64,000 nt of DNA, from assembly GCA_903843285.1 (NCBI GenBank), contig CAIMPC010000057.1, forward strand, positions 6,456 through 70,455, given 5' to 3'. Source of the DNA: Candidatus Omnitrophota bacterium (GTDB lineage Bacteria; Omnitrophota; Gorgyraeia; 2-01-FULL-45-10). Positions 30,601 through 32,566 of the stretch are shown here, piece by piece (the stretch's first letter is position 1; each line of letters opens with the position of its first letter). The notes below the pieces were generated by a model. It made no database searches and was not told the origin of the DNA. It saw only the letters and a program-made list of their open reading frames with translations. Both the position numbers and the translations under genes were made by a program.

Positions 30601-30692
30601 TGCCGAGGACTTTGTAAGTCCATGATTAAAGGTCTGGAACCAGGCTCTTCCCTCATAGAGTCAATATCCTGTCTGACATCCAATGTCTTCAT
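633..30692 (-). CDS. Giant multidomain protein (10,019 aa single ORF). Membrane-anchored, with Tiki/TraB-like, lipobox, HExxH, SecA-like ATPase, multi-TM blocks, tandem repeats, coiled coils and an RSH (RelA/SpoT) domain.
   Basis: The six-frame track shows one uninterrupted frame. Antisense ORFs are only short. Recognisable motifs include TGGGKT and TNIAHRGIDI (SecA-like), LVHESVHH, RPKNVYSCYKKF / GYEAVHITF / VPIEMMLMTKENY (RSH synthetase) and AALLHN (degenerate HD). Two embedded copies of the intergenic repeat family suggest possible fusion or assembly issues. Confidence 0.6.
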   Translation of the reverse strand: MKTLDVRQDIDSMREEPGSRPLIMDLQSPRHKIWIRSIAILLVVTFVNQDLIWAQNGSPIWSKAQNATPNFKTPVNVNSPINVPKDVAVTKEVYTAPGDRTIINIQDAHASLGAQESIASVLDSLVTNYDINLVAIEGSSGYVDTSILRTFPDDNIKKNTARHFMGAGKLSAGEFFAITSNKSIALYGIENKPLYRENLDQFRAVYKANNEIKGDIDNLLTALAGLRDKIYSQELKDLTTNSVLHKNGKITFTQRWALVRELAAKTGVDYKNFENLTKLVESLKLEKTISFDRANKERDALIDALSKKAAKQDLEQIVLKSLSFKTGKISNSEYYVFLQEEAERVHIDAEPYKNLIAYTDYITLYESIDLTAIFEEVKNFEDQIKEKLFTGDDQRKLYDIMKCVEFVKDLFDLKLTNGDFGYLATNIDRCNATSVASFIRDASIKYNVTIGAGYDLEKIFNDVPVALDFYKTAEKRNHTILANTIATMKDRRQNVAALITGGYHSQGITELLRKSKTSYIVILPKFDASKGERPYVAILTNKTEPYSDLIDSGKYQVATDKYLGDEAANPGKVTSFIQDIVATSLAQAVMEKKDVESVKKLWIQSYRNAYEELRAKGIIKAEDVAIETKTMADQADFIYTTVSAERDKDGNIANIKTRPSTSREIEEYLISKSGNGKKISNLKTVEDRLAELENSNQATRNLVLHSVAVDIAETMNRAKAKGNFDEEFNRVARRKGINGNDKESVKSAVKKELGIGDGKIAPTSQFPQGAAMTPDGVARLVEMTMCGSVFGATDFNVVVESPVIQPLVSVQTVTSAAPVSVEAPVPVTPIAPAPVLVGASVSAAGEPSAPEVKLPPSSSQTVSKEAAEVDSLRELARGLVKDLREPVLDMRKVVGDIRLALEKRDGKKKAEEIEKLLKEMNVYKDKILLIVRGIPVREKVVSEDLPRYKKALYKSLNKLGKSYYDVPNALAVLIGYADISFVDDSDYFTKIDSNLKRLENILDLLDKLAKSSQSPQLFSIREDEYLHLRDWIADPPSTAEELKTKLELEARTKEYIDEKVATFERTALNPGTVAKDNFRHSEEGQRSTEESKNEILPRSARQDDGRSLLHPSAPSLQNDAEFGISQQSHTLLLAMVIGATLFISGCGSTSQVASSYNTAKAMAGPTREKTQIGEVEATPTAISKETVLSHDESKANIPISSGQFALDQKKLSDAANKYFADMANKDYFQDIAKKFKIKGDTSADPLLLSSAIVNGTLVLRDNDDFSLRNMPQNRIEKFSDIVSSVWENVDKASLPNYIKSKSNKELQKILFATSVFDPETYLYLEKNNVAILLVSTNWFSGATSGDSFFGWIAKDPRGAKIELRKENSTVSNIGVLVHESVHHRRGDVAKGYGELYLKLLGYLTEIFRDLPSFERATFEAEGKFYKEVLRINVPLKNLSIAYLNQRWTLSFISAVTWITSIALLLLPFFAVKAVQALRAKQTPARTPGRYISRSRGRGDRGFGNVGLVLFGAAGLAVLALVAAPLVTSIGAVISYFPLATAIGTAMAGLVIAGIKLYDGIARLLLNAQRTTARILAPPKAKAQPKEIIPEAVKPIELTPNEIETRLLQETGYSNYRPGQIEAMRELKEGRFTELRTGGGKTITLAGAALSRFRERGERVIIKTHEDALTTQAMEKDNIGDVLSRCGEDVVTGFILPHVTDDGKVEEMGVIFENGVRKETTADEVFDRCAIIYGKWDRFVHRHLKESLGIGRKAMNNHKYFSLSDETDLMLVFGSATPCVISGDKLEDWQDRIVVRRAIDEIVRDTLLTDKSMFYVPEGSKEVSLTDKAHGALRNAVGKYAKDNPKLAELINQNSENFAIDALKAHLFYSIGVQYYFEDGKVYVRDEHTGAKKVGMNFGEGLQQAIEIMAGVDEVSPETYTLASMTIEQFEKNRDLITDYAGASGTMEAKRFESIYPGKEVRTIAGLSQTLDKSAGHTGFKTREDKWTMLAERLNKRLGNGQPILLKVESDAEVKELRNYIEENCEAKLAECGIIINEANGGNAEEFNRAISIAGYGNILTITTNIAHRGIDITIRGRFLNKDGSEGEEVPPLDQLAPGLHVISAYLDESEAFEIQTQGRGDRGTNKGSWEGLFSLDENTLKEHAKLLNQQLAGLRGAIERSDTKLVESLTAEVRDRIASEKNRSDEKRRAYEQEVFLYQQQVLNLLSMTASKDEFVKFLRETGSYEGLRAGVKSDSELDSKIADLQVLIQKKLTDELSKFQTEQQSTRKRLEYLASQSRVGLKGAFVQFDKELSNAAFLARNFNNKISDIKDFITVIVASAMGSEVENIQETRPYSFTNLLSEGFVKTAASIILVLGIGTLFARYGLSSFTKELLDPIIQSLISQPVIAGVATASLLIITVYFSQIYGKKIGQLDTSTTDFMRFTAGVGKGSFLNALIRWTGVMALQLLAGPGLFTAAGTLIAAVAHPVIAVGSLALPAIPLAFGAAVMAFLANVILIGLFRKDLSKVTDVTPTRFESGVNSLVRAMVISVSVLFAIQIAGGSLFITSVSLGAIAISSLAANVVGREAERGFFRARWPMYIGNALGIIVGAGLVTLSSLFGSAGMLSSISVAPLISVPMAVIGVLAIIFQFVQAAKLGQEALSAKQSYWRTFAESFIPSSRNILMYAMAIPAAFVIFSGVMQTALFVSAIGVTAILINKYGVNIEKMMGRATSEYFSGMLGKVAVASAIAVPMVVYPVVAYAQEGQKVLGEIGSGKKVDPAAVTAAISRMRDSSQRANGWRTLGRNVGNVVDEAANGRIITTVAAAPREVAQAKPQRERAPPADALDKILDHGALRKLFSDYEHIPVADQKLQNERYMNRLEAIVSSPGYSQSGYLAKLAASARVPTAPVVTVSTQKVEQTPNLQGYATDIVYPDIDWLVQSKPSDPDHNVPIPLLIYNNKAEKYTRFQHRNGHDMGQIQIFHKATGQRTFSGAEILAFDGNGHMTFIARGLSVGANMNIGTITQASIGKIRQSVYQIFFNVDTEHYTGTIRMILKPAGDSISISLTSDLTMKKDVNPATDMQSNFLHAVLGLKDPMKKGQKIALNRNLVVNKDGLKAVPVVSRIAPSAQPSVRLPVAMPSAQPNVAPLTQRPSVTYPSRYQASAMNASNMQMLNESITYAMRNVASSEQGRPRSENLRARVATAMRDYKLTVPGFVDLFERNRDPYAAYTNAGLGTVTLIKATPGTVLMPEQEIGSIPEEALRKHAENDLICAMMSAYQEYEKSERDEVANTALAGDLQTRCDEMYKNHRSSDAVRYKATRMLSAAKDKLREAKFKKQECLKLIKALRGESLSTGLTIDIRKTDQDRSLFENLLSDGLSGTPELELNKIFGYLPNGWGLDVKPPDVVKAIYVNYQQSLYEFGLNIHISLYQLKYIQEEIAAANKYIASLQAELDIKGNDEKFISQEDEILLVDKLQQARARLNDLLNRKDKFILDLGKAGIDARKLRPEEINDKMMVFERSRAIENRLSHDLPVLRKNGVNPPELLQALRAHVANQGNISDFGNLLFNYDAATSRASIRLELKQLLYDNVRARGINLPVDQIEVMRQDVEVAKAQKDIALSNRYDQILRQYLEYSASRTRLKQIKDKLIKAEELLRAIKEQNLDLKVKFDTGLRDELRVTEDIERMKTDLQAAEKENRVNEMVLGEILAPYSITIDEIKVPNFSLKDMKYHLSKFFPRGHDGDAKIWFIRSRIIGLATRVKVAQAGGGLVEFMELGPADPDSIVSARNDLNQAIKESRNLLIDMINTYQREWVNLTGANRAIAEIVKERDDSRRKLDEIKDKKSLPESDRIKADVELKDKEERLAVAEKDKLRLEESFALAGLDLNALTGLTNVANATNLPDEMKALAYLVNNKAEAMRRGTAVEINENQIFGFKRFNTPGSYINMLDGLPYEAGFSGLSGMLSYMDSVVYGQNLQNARRDENFPLLSRLVELGERADWASLFSRYRTAKANIENINNDLEKARSEKIKIEMLDAVGQKPLKEKSDAYKFTIDVIRNLEEKKIEAERVCSDLAYSMLMKLQTSGGAEFILQLLNEPKAQNVPKVTEINMDRAEDSDISLEIDSKTLAPDQSGGQLVLARERLRSYMRLLTDDWSAQYRATLSSGERKEIAWAELQQIRDQYEHNPPTVSMEKYNRVWLDWLEAKADFDKNLGMFKHKSEELITYLRWFGLDKKADGIRVATVSIDDDVKAESLKREKSEQARAEWIRKYAEWEEVGRQERADSDSKKLRAIPVKKAALVDKISTIVSNEDASGKNLLKWEDIVSRVNSNYVSRLLERSEMIAKPLGIGKDVEKIKALAACFEAYRLTANLNEEESLKYLDEYIFVCESVLPRVRRAIGGNGKLPREFSRFFDPNLGMAGAVDPSLMGLLSNYARMSTTLQSPHYVSPSAKMTAIDVADARKEVLGKFQSDKKYFVWYKNLCKAGTPNAVADMVRRSGIARNEFTSWWISFYRDNDRYEWGKLDKDLEPFTRELLQPVAERLHSRKVSTSDNGEDIGLLNSLARQFMLNKWISIEDFRQAAKDPEFRKELGLRLDEITSLLVTLKEDLNLRADSSDPKREMYKHLSDNQLSVLPEANMVNWLDTLLAEENNRINRRPGMGALIEGHIRDEKRRFESIRTIGDSLYWTKFGRDNNLSASEIITLRDKFDKFFSNINRTLREANMNPLNPGDPEIQGFITATIFGLMGDPDATVAWKDFFDKEGNINTPAQKANVVELFGTVLPNLKGSLASVGLSPKEINDYATAIARDLVVDPSVWKNFFNSDGRIRNIGNINELFKSVLPSLKLALKKSGFTRREIKDNAMAMARDMVENKAKSPWIKNGWIKVAAYGNARTIKIDAITVKHIFKVAGDIATQAVLPGAKRIPGLLGRDATSKGIRMSIAMDMEANKKKSAWIKNRWIYEDESRPGKPIIIDADAVNHILRINAELAELAKSKNKNIHRLAGNSSIVQGRRITTAMDIVAKAQRSVWVRNKWIYEDESRPSKPITINAGEVNHIYGVTDKLALEAVRCNVEKFKGDDPVSEGRRMSASMDMEAKKKKSAWVKNKWIQMTGAIINPEAVNQIYECEHTIELEATKLGIKELIGDDPDAQGRRIAIAIDLMVKPRTWAGYFDRNGKVPDEASGRNLVKLYTIVMPNLERSVGEYLPLDEGEKNGILMAIGRVITVKPESWKDFFDSNGNAVNKLLVRILFQAVATDRGMERIQKFLKHIDTWYMLESAEEIFQKGAAMAEAKYFAIQVIDADELKGDIDNFNNGIIDFSALKEKIEAYRDEDFSLREQVHDASRKWSKEYDVNVWVYAKGLSYFSKAVRKAIREYGPRYELATGKALTVDALFENVAYAKKIRLIAGQELLNEIDHSRHPNRLRDNACETVKIKIHDGAGVEKEDAITAYDYIKGLPKASDGSNIGPKGKATEGLMNEDVTFGEAISQGMKYMFRKRYTIDTRGLVRETAAEMYLQAVYMLHNRDELGAPVRLNMSDASNLVETAERERYQKEVMGSFILNESLYTKKEKELPSVIADGLMKDYIGKLSDDRLKAFLYLMTQPVFDTRTLVDNLMDVNGLSNIRISGYADRYHNLKRVDVEGKIRTGLVDKIKAALPLSTPGQRRGFVARMYIKALESRKAGKGFNDIKWIKDTFEDIAWAQGENYANMQTFIGWENIFPVLSQLRLESDELMTWVQKFQAHKKFETAFKADLAFMGLFLGSERYDDIAFILRKWRIDFGRFPSPGRAVSELKEFEALTSDLMPFKLTPAQVAAKKGELIEGQSSVSKSFRGFLGRIICDGNPSIAMEQALGVIDTKCEELDKVITPSLRTFLIAAELRKKEAVEDIYVRFNAKHSVLVDYERKVNDERKEKIQEAIVIEKDPARKERVLKSLMEKARLLDVPIDEDEAGILLHKMTGLGYDEDGVILVYEVLPVKVREIYKKAYGKGDAQLTTDDKSNISTLAESIGEKAVFMYSRHREDMERSIRKEKIDYIAAKLKVPGLSPERKRGLEDLKNEAGLWSFKNHIGIEMNLLEEVLRLSRLTKDQFNELGIYLTDDETRKLATNAVMSGLGEDDIRNLVDRTKDTYKMIMDATASARIVDPKVDMQDVLYLVDTWFKVGLIEKSDTFKIGDASQVDALAQSIAPRLEGIGIDKSVIHNIAAELSAHHIISAPAQIDMVVDEYDTVPIASAIRPYLSRVEPSIVEDASVNEVSTRIRDSLGNRINSIDDVKKALMKEDGLKADAQEISERIITELCVHNIRISGIIAIIKPELKRVGIANDKEIADIAHEILRKDINPTVVKMLTARAIALKNEIAEAVRIENAKSVQNPTSSPRSLYDIAQEITTKQLFTYLDENAVMGATNTLGSLETLKYDRDSFERIVTRPINAMDRQRVEGRLRGEVSEGGVPKYVREKNWSKFEKFRQYLWEKFRWGNLNSVFVLTVLVVVGTYITGLGKKRYNDGIIARLKPKPAEPPADEELLTKHLKMNEVARLLDPVEAERRLENVVESLAITQKHFLYHWFNTVVTAALVLTILACYNYNNFMASNLILYTVTTWWLLAIIPGVYLSSAGIMLFNNVVKPGRSLLEPEFRRTDITEQGKIPDDEKTMIHMAFPMRKEKDLATGVLKDMPNFNSVMGDGTAEGIGAVEKMMEEARDPNGNRDYNLYFDLLIQVFGGSGTEGEEHYKATLKLVQERLDAMPEHVRKRVYVHLRRQKMTKPPTHYSVQRWLREDDDEYCKIDPRYNVDPDISKAKNKDQPTLNNEWMNPIVETLGGDPADPDDLRNIRQESINDKSIPPLMRKSRIKNTLVYDPGNLISYAERADHKGEGILYLVSVMADRRNTESFFRGKMIYSDVHATIHSNIMKDFPQTMLGHVAQAQYIIEDSLRAPGKYAYRNEDFYRDMITTNAYQKVWAYYNYLKATDDILPKSEDEVLTILSGKCKYLDRVVIEEDPMFNYGQEARREATRWMYVFDLPQIFVIRIVPFIRDYPVTAAILAGAIPMAVIVGLIGTSLLWMIGWCFGGAVVSTLLLRSLFKEGSNRINAREASGEMWIPRLSPGHRYESDLVVRGLLGEFIWLIQLVLMFKAMFIPGSLDMLFPLIGEFAFLTIIILLTSPKFFPALAKLKSLFTSERNQIYKEHGRIKGTCLFVLQLLKGLVEFVASTTIFLTKIVTKPILLVGQLPVVLKIVYYHIFLPDVKPPTLVWNAAVVGEGNPMISYYLKMFKWTILISLSVILSAYVSYIPYIASLAVQLNGTYFVLSCGIIATIITANIAMYIYAIKNGADKEKWPSEFKKFDTALKIVTYTIPVIFALSFSGFISTNAVWRTSSILASFMFAAGWSWMLGIGKQVNGKYYETRGVEWWTYGIGVGILIISIWVSFFPVDVLRHLVGVIPFTVPMSDGGFSGVMSTLSWQGQMRLPTKFVVFFASMVTSSAVIGILASIIGIIYEIYFVILGRVFAGGARPNLSKTQDKVLKEIAKRLINQFGGRIQPFDKNLIVRTAIFEALFGAGFFSIAALSYGWQDITFRVFVAVGVLCSYLLIHALIKAIALAQINKAMHGRAGPIAWVEISLDNKREIKKSSGFDVLHKLIRRYIEFHENTHYAGYGELVACLVPWIGWFIRPGSVNADEVQSNRNTIDQEYIWNALHSHEKRALLDKYDYDEVKAKKAIYKKVKDLSLEESKIVADKILSEKALSLAKRFADSLRDVRFALAKAQNDEELQVANKAKSALTITIWDSLEPKEQSILLDINNQNITKAQEYLYKKIDEQSQAELKKAVDKILSNEALSLAKQFSLKLIAVRSLIEKAKQETDSVKANAIKERADKEKSDLVEVLFNSLTPEEQLALTDVYGDEKSAKSILYDKVNELNLAELKKAVDKILSNEALSLAKQFSLKLIAVRSLIEKAKQETNSVKANAIKERADKEKSDLVEVLFNSLTPEGRSALVDSYGDKAPAVLYDIVNNLSLAILKKTVNEILSKKVPSLAKQFSSQLITVRISIGKGEANAGSDKAALTITIWDSLEAKEQSILLDINNQDITKAREYLYNKVDEQNLTILKKTVNEILSNQAPSLAKRFADSLRDVRSALAKAKNDEELQSANKAKSELTITIWDSLEAKEQSILFDINNQDITTVRESLYKRVDELSLAISMRVANSVLADEAPSLAKKFADSIRDVSFTLSKAQNGEELQSANKAKSALVENLFKSLTPEGQSALVYIYGDKASDTLYDKVNELNLAELKKAVDEILSKKVPSLAKRFADSLRDVRSAIAKAKNDEELQSANEAKDQLTNDMWQSNRFTDNNRKDIQAVYGDKASTVLYDRVNDLSFEQFKAVAYKALSNKALSLAKRFADSLRDVRFALAKAQNDEELQVANKAKSELTITIWDSLEPKEQSILLDINNQNITKAQQSLYTEVNELCQIRVCESALYATENPVLISIIDFIKRKGGIRTAALTAVPQTPVVSTVDSKLVTDAKGNKIITLENPPTENPPAPLGGAIGHAGNEVVGAQKAIADVINAPDYETAIALVRMNEKGQEEKLLRIISDPTAEYGPEITELETSTKALRDISEGLQQSVGGVVSAHNVPSRVKAAVDLLSDKSAIFFFEPLVAPDTGHLLGLAKVRSEVDANGKHQFKIGLSPEVVRFILTCDLRTIIGYPGLSDAMINKYRRNLIQEYILHEALEALTPRGTHANLVATVRNNRIFIYHKTDNSEKNNPLGLVLGAFIRSQRELQAKAERVAFEQGDEEFYKLLQKHMITISEDLTSVSDINASNRALRNIINLFRAKSTLSSAEVVSAENSITAAFEMAAGNRHSINMAASLARWGIGDERLIVAALLHNIDRKNLRAMLDTIPNYKGTGKIEDIIKAIETLDSTKEKDFAEFLRGENTLEFYMNMMIQLTGSLNSMLLLLAYKLDSVYSAPENAKQKAFKEVEYIYSPVAERLGLYEVASDIIDEAFKAAYPGNYKWTLSQMTVALNGIDVNKKTLREVLVLAAGRLEAYVRLAKRNGLIPKDEDVTVEYRPKNVYSCYKKFINPEKGGKQGYKVEDILGVRVVTQTKDTRDLIARKLCESTRILSSGRMRVGDGLVDPDSPTIHKRGYEAVHITFQCARITMDASGKRQIGSEVPIEMMLMTKENYVSYQNGVYLAGPKTPIPHWIYKLLHLEPTQSLFGHNYPVFKATKPIYGDYTRYFNSTLDFLKDSVYVVYFGLNMQGKVHMQAVELPVSARPLDLAVTMGNNLGDYKGFIPLLKGDPRQDIEERIQKQLSEEALKKDLKKLDERAELKTGQCLIPSPDEKDLLLSRVTFSNTREYVAGVIRPKTALELERRCNSLEPKKIFMDPGKINRGERAVSRTMKDIDLELPVNINKLLGISAEELYFIAGSGYWKPGYKVINCVIDAINNAPRPSAITATRARVRALPRKVAHPFNVEVAMWWSAGFAALGALGAVSMILLSIAASQTHDILPLIGAAVGLTAGLEATAMAIRLWYLNSHITEAFGKYFREYYGVGFDGVDIIMKLPDLSRRTIDSEGRVRIEFFKGFEKIQLRHSEVGQRSTEESPLRGTIPAAIYTESIADSILYRNGFLESARNLIVLHETFKSELTAMLGTMPLISGFFAMRVAEVRAKENIARVHVPSGKKFIIALQKQSGPDNAEADAQNMARVKTIISLMPQPGIIHGADIVTLDLNEFNADVDAGKYNGVFIDNSMLGQGAYNVLTPALSQVVEDASSVIVSSKTREELVKILTEIRRQLKRIEEYNLDEKFKYQLQTSWLNERKEALKIAINVRREGIRFAYNAPLADNPAFAEKTYAVATTEAVASSNMFFADNMSKANAMGVVNCFIYGKEFKTSDEAKAFIRASGYEGDINAIRFVNGFNADGSLRIPYEELITEIGDNRSININNIGIAYAKGEFDSVRPVSGEKLLEVQSVDVGSGKTEIASINYYQTLLNMVTMPNDLLDQLVAEGRLPAGVTYADGIFKYLPRVLPIDYGKEIETYRNAITVIRSAA
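1978..2015. repeat. Partial (half-arm) copy of the hairpin repeat embedded in-frame in the giant ORF. Translates as ...LRHSEVGQRSTEESPLRG....
   Basis: GATTCTTCGGTCGACCTTTGGCCTACCTCAGAATGACG matches the 3' arm of the other copies. Confidence 0.4.
3200..4450 (-). other. RSH (RelA/SpoT homolog) region inside the giant ORF. A degenerate HD domain (about 4100-4450) is followed by a (p)ppGpp-synthetase-like nucleotidyltransferase domain (about 3200-3600).
   Basis: HSINMAASLARWG...AALLHNIDRKN resembles an HD domain with the HD motif changed to HN. YRPKNVYSCYKKF, EDILGVRVV, RGYEAVHITFQ, VPIEMMLMTKENY and IPHWIYK align with the RelA/SpoT synthetase motifs GRPKHIYSIYRKM, DxxGxRxI, NGYQSxH, EIQIRTxxMH and AHWxYK. 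Confidence 0.5.
5400..7620. repeat. In-frame tandem repeat array inside the giant ORF, about 8-9 units of about 270-290 nt (about 93-98 aa each).
   Basis: Near-identical about 170-nt blocks start at about 5447, 6253, 6545 and 7385. The motif CAGCAAATCTCTTTGCGAGGGAT recurs about every 275 nt. Protein repeats are of the form LSLAKRFADSLRDVR...AELKKAVDKILSNEA. Confidence 0.6.
15260..16700. repeat. Second in-frame tandem repeat array inside the giant ORF, about 5 units of about 230-250 nt (about 77-83 aa each).
   Basis: Repeated KSAWIKN[RK]WIYEDESRP[GS]KPI.I.A..VNHI protein units. Nucleotide repeats GGCCTGGATTCATCTTCATATATCCAT occur at about 15645 and 15860. Confidence 0.55.
24300..25900 (-). 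other. SecA-like / SF2 DEAD-motor ATPase domain inside the giant ORF.
   Basis: Walker A ELRTGGGKTITLAGAA at about 25770-25800 resembles the SecA M(K)TGEGKTL motif. ILTITTNIAHRGIDITIRG at about 24440-24500 resembles SecA VTIATNMAGRGTDI (motif VI). Confidence 0.45.
26541..26566 (-). other. HExxH zinc-metalloprotease-type motif (LVHESVHH) about 245 aa after the internal lipobox.
   Basis: Reverse complement of CTATGGTGTACGGACTCGTGGACCAG encodes LVHESVHHR. A hydrophobic segment follows. Confidence 0.35.
27254..27290 (-). other. Internal Met followed by a lipoprotein-type signal / lipobox (MVIGATLFISGCGSTSQ), immediately downstream of the embedded repeat copy. Possible start of a second ancestral gene.
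   Basis: ATG at 27288-27290 (minus). L-F-I-S-G-C fits the L-x-x-C lipobox. It is located directly after element copy 3. The n-region is short and uncharged, and no in-frame stop separates it from upstream codons, so the call is tentative. Confidence 0.3.
27308..27483. repeat. Full-length hairpin repeat element (copy 3, with both about 35-nt terminal inverted repeats) embedded in-frame in the giant ORF.
   Basis: Flanked by GGGACTGTTGCGAAATGCCAAATTCCGCGTCATTCTGA and TCAGAATGACGGAAGTTGTCTTTCGCAACAGTCCC. The internal GATTCTTCGGTCGACCGTTGGCCTTCCTCAGAATGAC arm is homologous to the 34697-34838 and 60304-60445 copies. Confidence 0.6.
29150..30400 (-). other. Tiki/TraB/GumN-like domain in the N-terminal part of the giant ORF.
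   Basis: The N-terminal QDAHASLGAQES motif resembles GTAHVS, and ITGGYHSQGITELL is a G-G-x-H motif. The same motif set occurs in the stand-alone ORFs 40954..41643 and 42409..43047. Confidence 0.3.
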
Positions 30693-30968
30693 CAGGAATT
30701 ACCCCTTACCATATGTTATCGATATGTGTAGTGACGATATTTATGAACGTCGCGCCGTCTGTATTTATTGAATTGTCATTCATCATCAGCTACCTTTTTA
30801 TTGATACTTACATATTAAGTGTATCATAAATTTAGGTTTTGTCAATAGGTAATGACTAACTTTTTTAGCTTTTAATTTTGCTATAACTTACTGCTTCACA
30901 ATATGTTATGTAAACTAAAATTTGGAATAAAAAATGCCCTCTTTCCGTAGGGCCAAAAAACTATTAAT
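30693..30968 (-). promoter_or_regulatory. AT-rich 276-nt leader/promoter region of the giant gene, also downstream of der.
   Basis: Non-coding, strongly AT-rich spacer between the der stop and the giant ORF start. AAGGGG Shine-Dalgarno about 8 nt upstream of the ATG at 30692. Confidence 0.25.
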
Positions 30969-32264
30969 TTATCTGTATCTGACTCTTAATGGCACACCTT
31001 TAAACTCGTAAGCCTTCCTTATATAGTTCTCGACGTATCTCTGCATATCTCCCGTCATTACTTTAATGTCGGCTACGCCTATAATAAAACCCGGAGGAGC
31101 CGAACCCTCCTGTATAAGGCACTTAAACTTTATTCTCTTACTCGTTATCTGACGGGAATTATTCAATGCCTTGAGCGTTTCATTTAATTTTTCACTCGAT
31201 ATCGTCGTCCTGGACCTGTCGTACACTTCCGAAATGGTATCCAGGCTGTCTTTCACATTTCTACCGCTCTTACATGACATAAAAAGGATCGGTATGTTTC
31301 TTATAACGCTGGCTTCAACCACCAGCGCATCACAATATTTCGACATCTCTATCCCTTTGACCAGGTCCCACTTATTTACAGCTATCACGAGCGGACGACC
31401 CTCCTTAAAGCATAGGTCGATCATGCGCGCATCGTCTTTCTTTAACCCCTCACTACCGTCGATCAACATCATGGCCACATCGGAACGCTTTATAGCTTCC
31501 TGCGAACGCACCCCTCCATAGAAATCGGCCGCACGCTTTATCTTAGGATTGTGCCTGATACCTGCGGTGTCGATAAGAACATAATCTTTATCCTTATAAC
31601 TGAAGTTTACGTCTATCGCGTCTCGCGTAGTGCCTGCCGTCGGATGAACTATGACCCTATCTTCATTGATTAGCATGTTCAAATATGATGATTTACCTAC
31701 GTTGGGCCGTCCTATTATGGCAACCTTTATAAAGCTACCACCCTCCTGCTCGACTGACTTTTCCATATCTTTGACCAGGTCGCCGCATAATTTGTCAATA
31801 CCCTTGTCGTTTAGGGCTGAGACGGCATAGGGTTCGCCGAGGCCGAGCTCAAAAAAATCCATTACACGCCCCGACTGAGATTCATTATCTATTTTATTCA
31901 CAACCAAATATATCTTTTTCGAGGTCTTTCTCAGCATCGATGCCAGATCTCTGTCTAATGGGGTAATGCCCTCCATGCCATCCGTGACAAACAGCATGAT
32001 ATCTGACTCTTCAATGCCTTTCCGGATCTGCTTTATGACTAGTTCCGACATACCATCGGCCGGAATATGCTCAAATCCGGCCGTATCGACCAGAGTAAAG
32101 CCTTTGCCCTTCCACTTTACATCAGCAGATATCCTATCGCGCGTAGTTCCACCCTCAGCCTCCACGATCGCCTTCCTCTGGCCGTGAATAGCATTAAATA
32201 GAGACGACTTTCCAACGTTGGGCCGTCCTACAATAGCAACTTTTGCCTGATTAATCTTATCCAT
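30969..32264 (-). CDS. der: Ribosome-associated GTPase Der/EngA (two tandem GTP-binding domains plus KH-like C-terminus).
   Basis: GRPNVGKSSLFN and GRPNVGKSSYLN Walker A motifs in two G domains, DTAG motifs and NKxD. The start is placed at the ATG at 32264 with a GAGAGG Shine-Dalgarno. The longer ORF to 32282 would begin with TTG inside the repeat element. Confidence 0.85.
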   Translation of the reverse strand: MDKINQAKVAIVGRPNVGKSSLFNAIHGQRKAIVEAEGGTTRDRISADVKWKGKGFTLVDTAGFEHIPADGMSELVIKQIRKGIEESDIMLFVTDGMEGITPLDRDLASMLRKTSKKIYLVVNKIDNESQSGRVMDFFELGLGEPYAVSALNDKGIDKLCGDLVKDMEKSVEQEGGSFIKVAIIGRPNVGKSSYLNMLINEDRVIVHPTAGTTRDAIDVNFSYKDKDYVLIDTAGIRHNPKIKRAADFYGGVRSQEAIKRSDVAMMLIDGSEGLKKDDARMIDLCFKEGRPLVIAVNKWDLVKGIEMSKYCDALVVEASVIRNIPILFMSCKSGRNVKDSLDTISEVYDRSRTTISSEKLNETLKALNNSRQITSKRIKFKCLIQEGSAPPGFIIGVADIKVMTGDMQRYVENYIRKAYEFKGVPLRVRYR

Positions 32265-32313
32265 TTCGCCTCTCGACTCCAACGTGATAGTTTATCCAAG
32301 AGAAGGAAACTTA

Positions 32314-32400
32314 CTTCGTCATCCTGAGCGAAGCCCGATAGGGCGAAGCGAAGGATCTCGTTTTTAGATTCTTCGGCCCCTTCGCCCTCAGAATGACGAG
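32314..32400. repeat. Hairpin repeat element copy 4 (intergenic, between the GT-C/TPR gene and der).
   Basis: CGTCATCCTGAGCGAAGCCC...GAAGGATCTCG...AGATTCTTCGG...CTCAGAATGACG. Confidence 0.55.
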
Positions 32401-32566
32401 GGGGAACTTTCTCACGCTAATCTATTACACTCTAGCTACTGTGGGCTTCGTAGGAATAGGTCCTTCGAAGCTCCATTACGGTCTAACTTCAGTAGCGAAG
32501 AAGACCATTCTACTTCGCCTCCATAAGGGAGCGTATTTTACCATGGCGGTGTGCGTTAGGGAAGAT

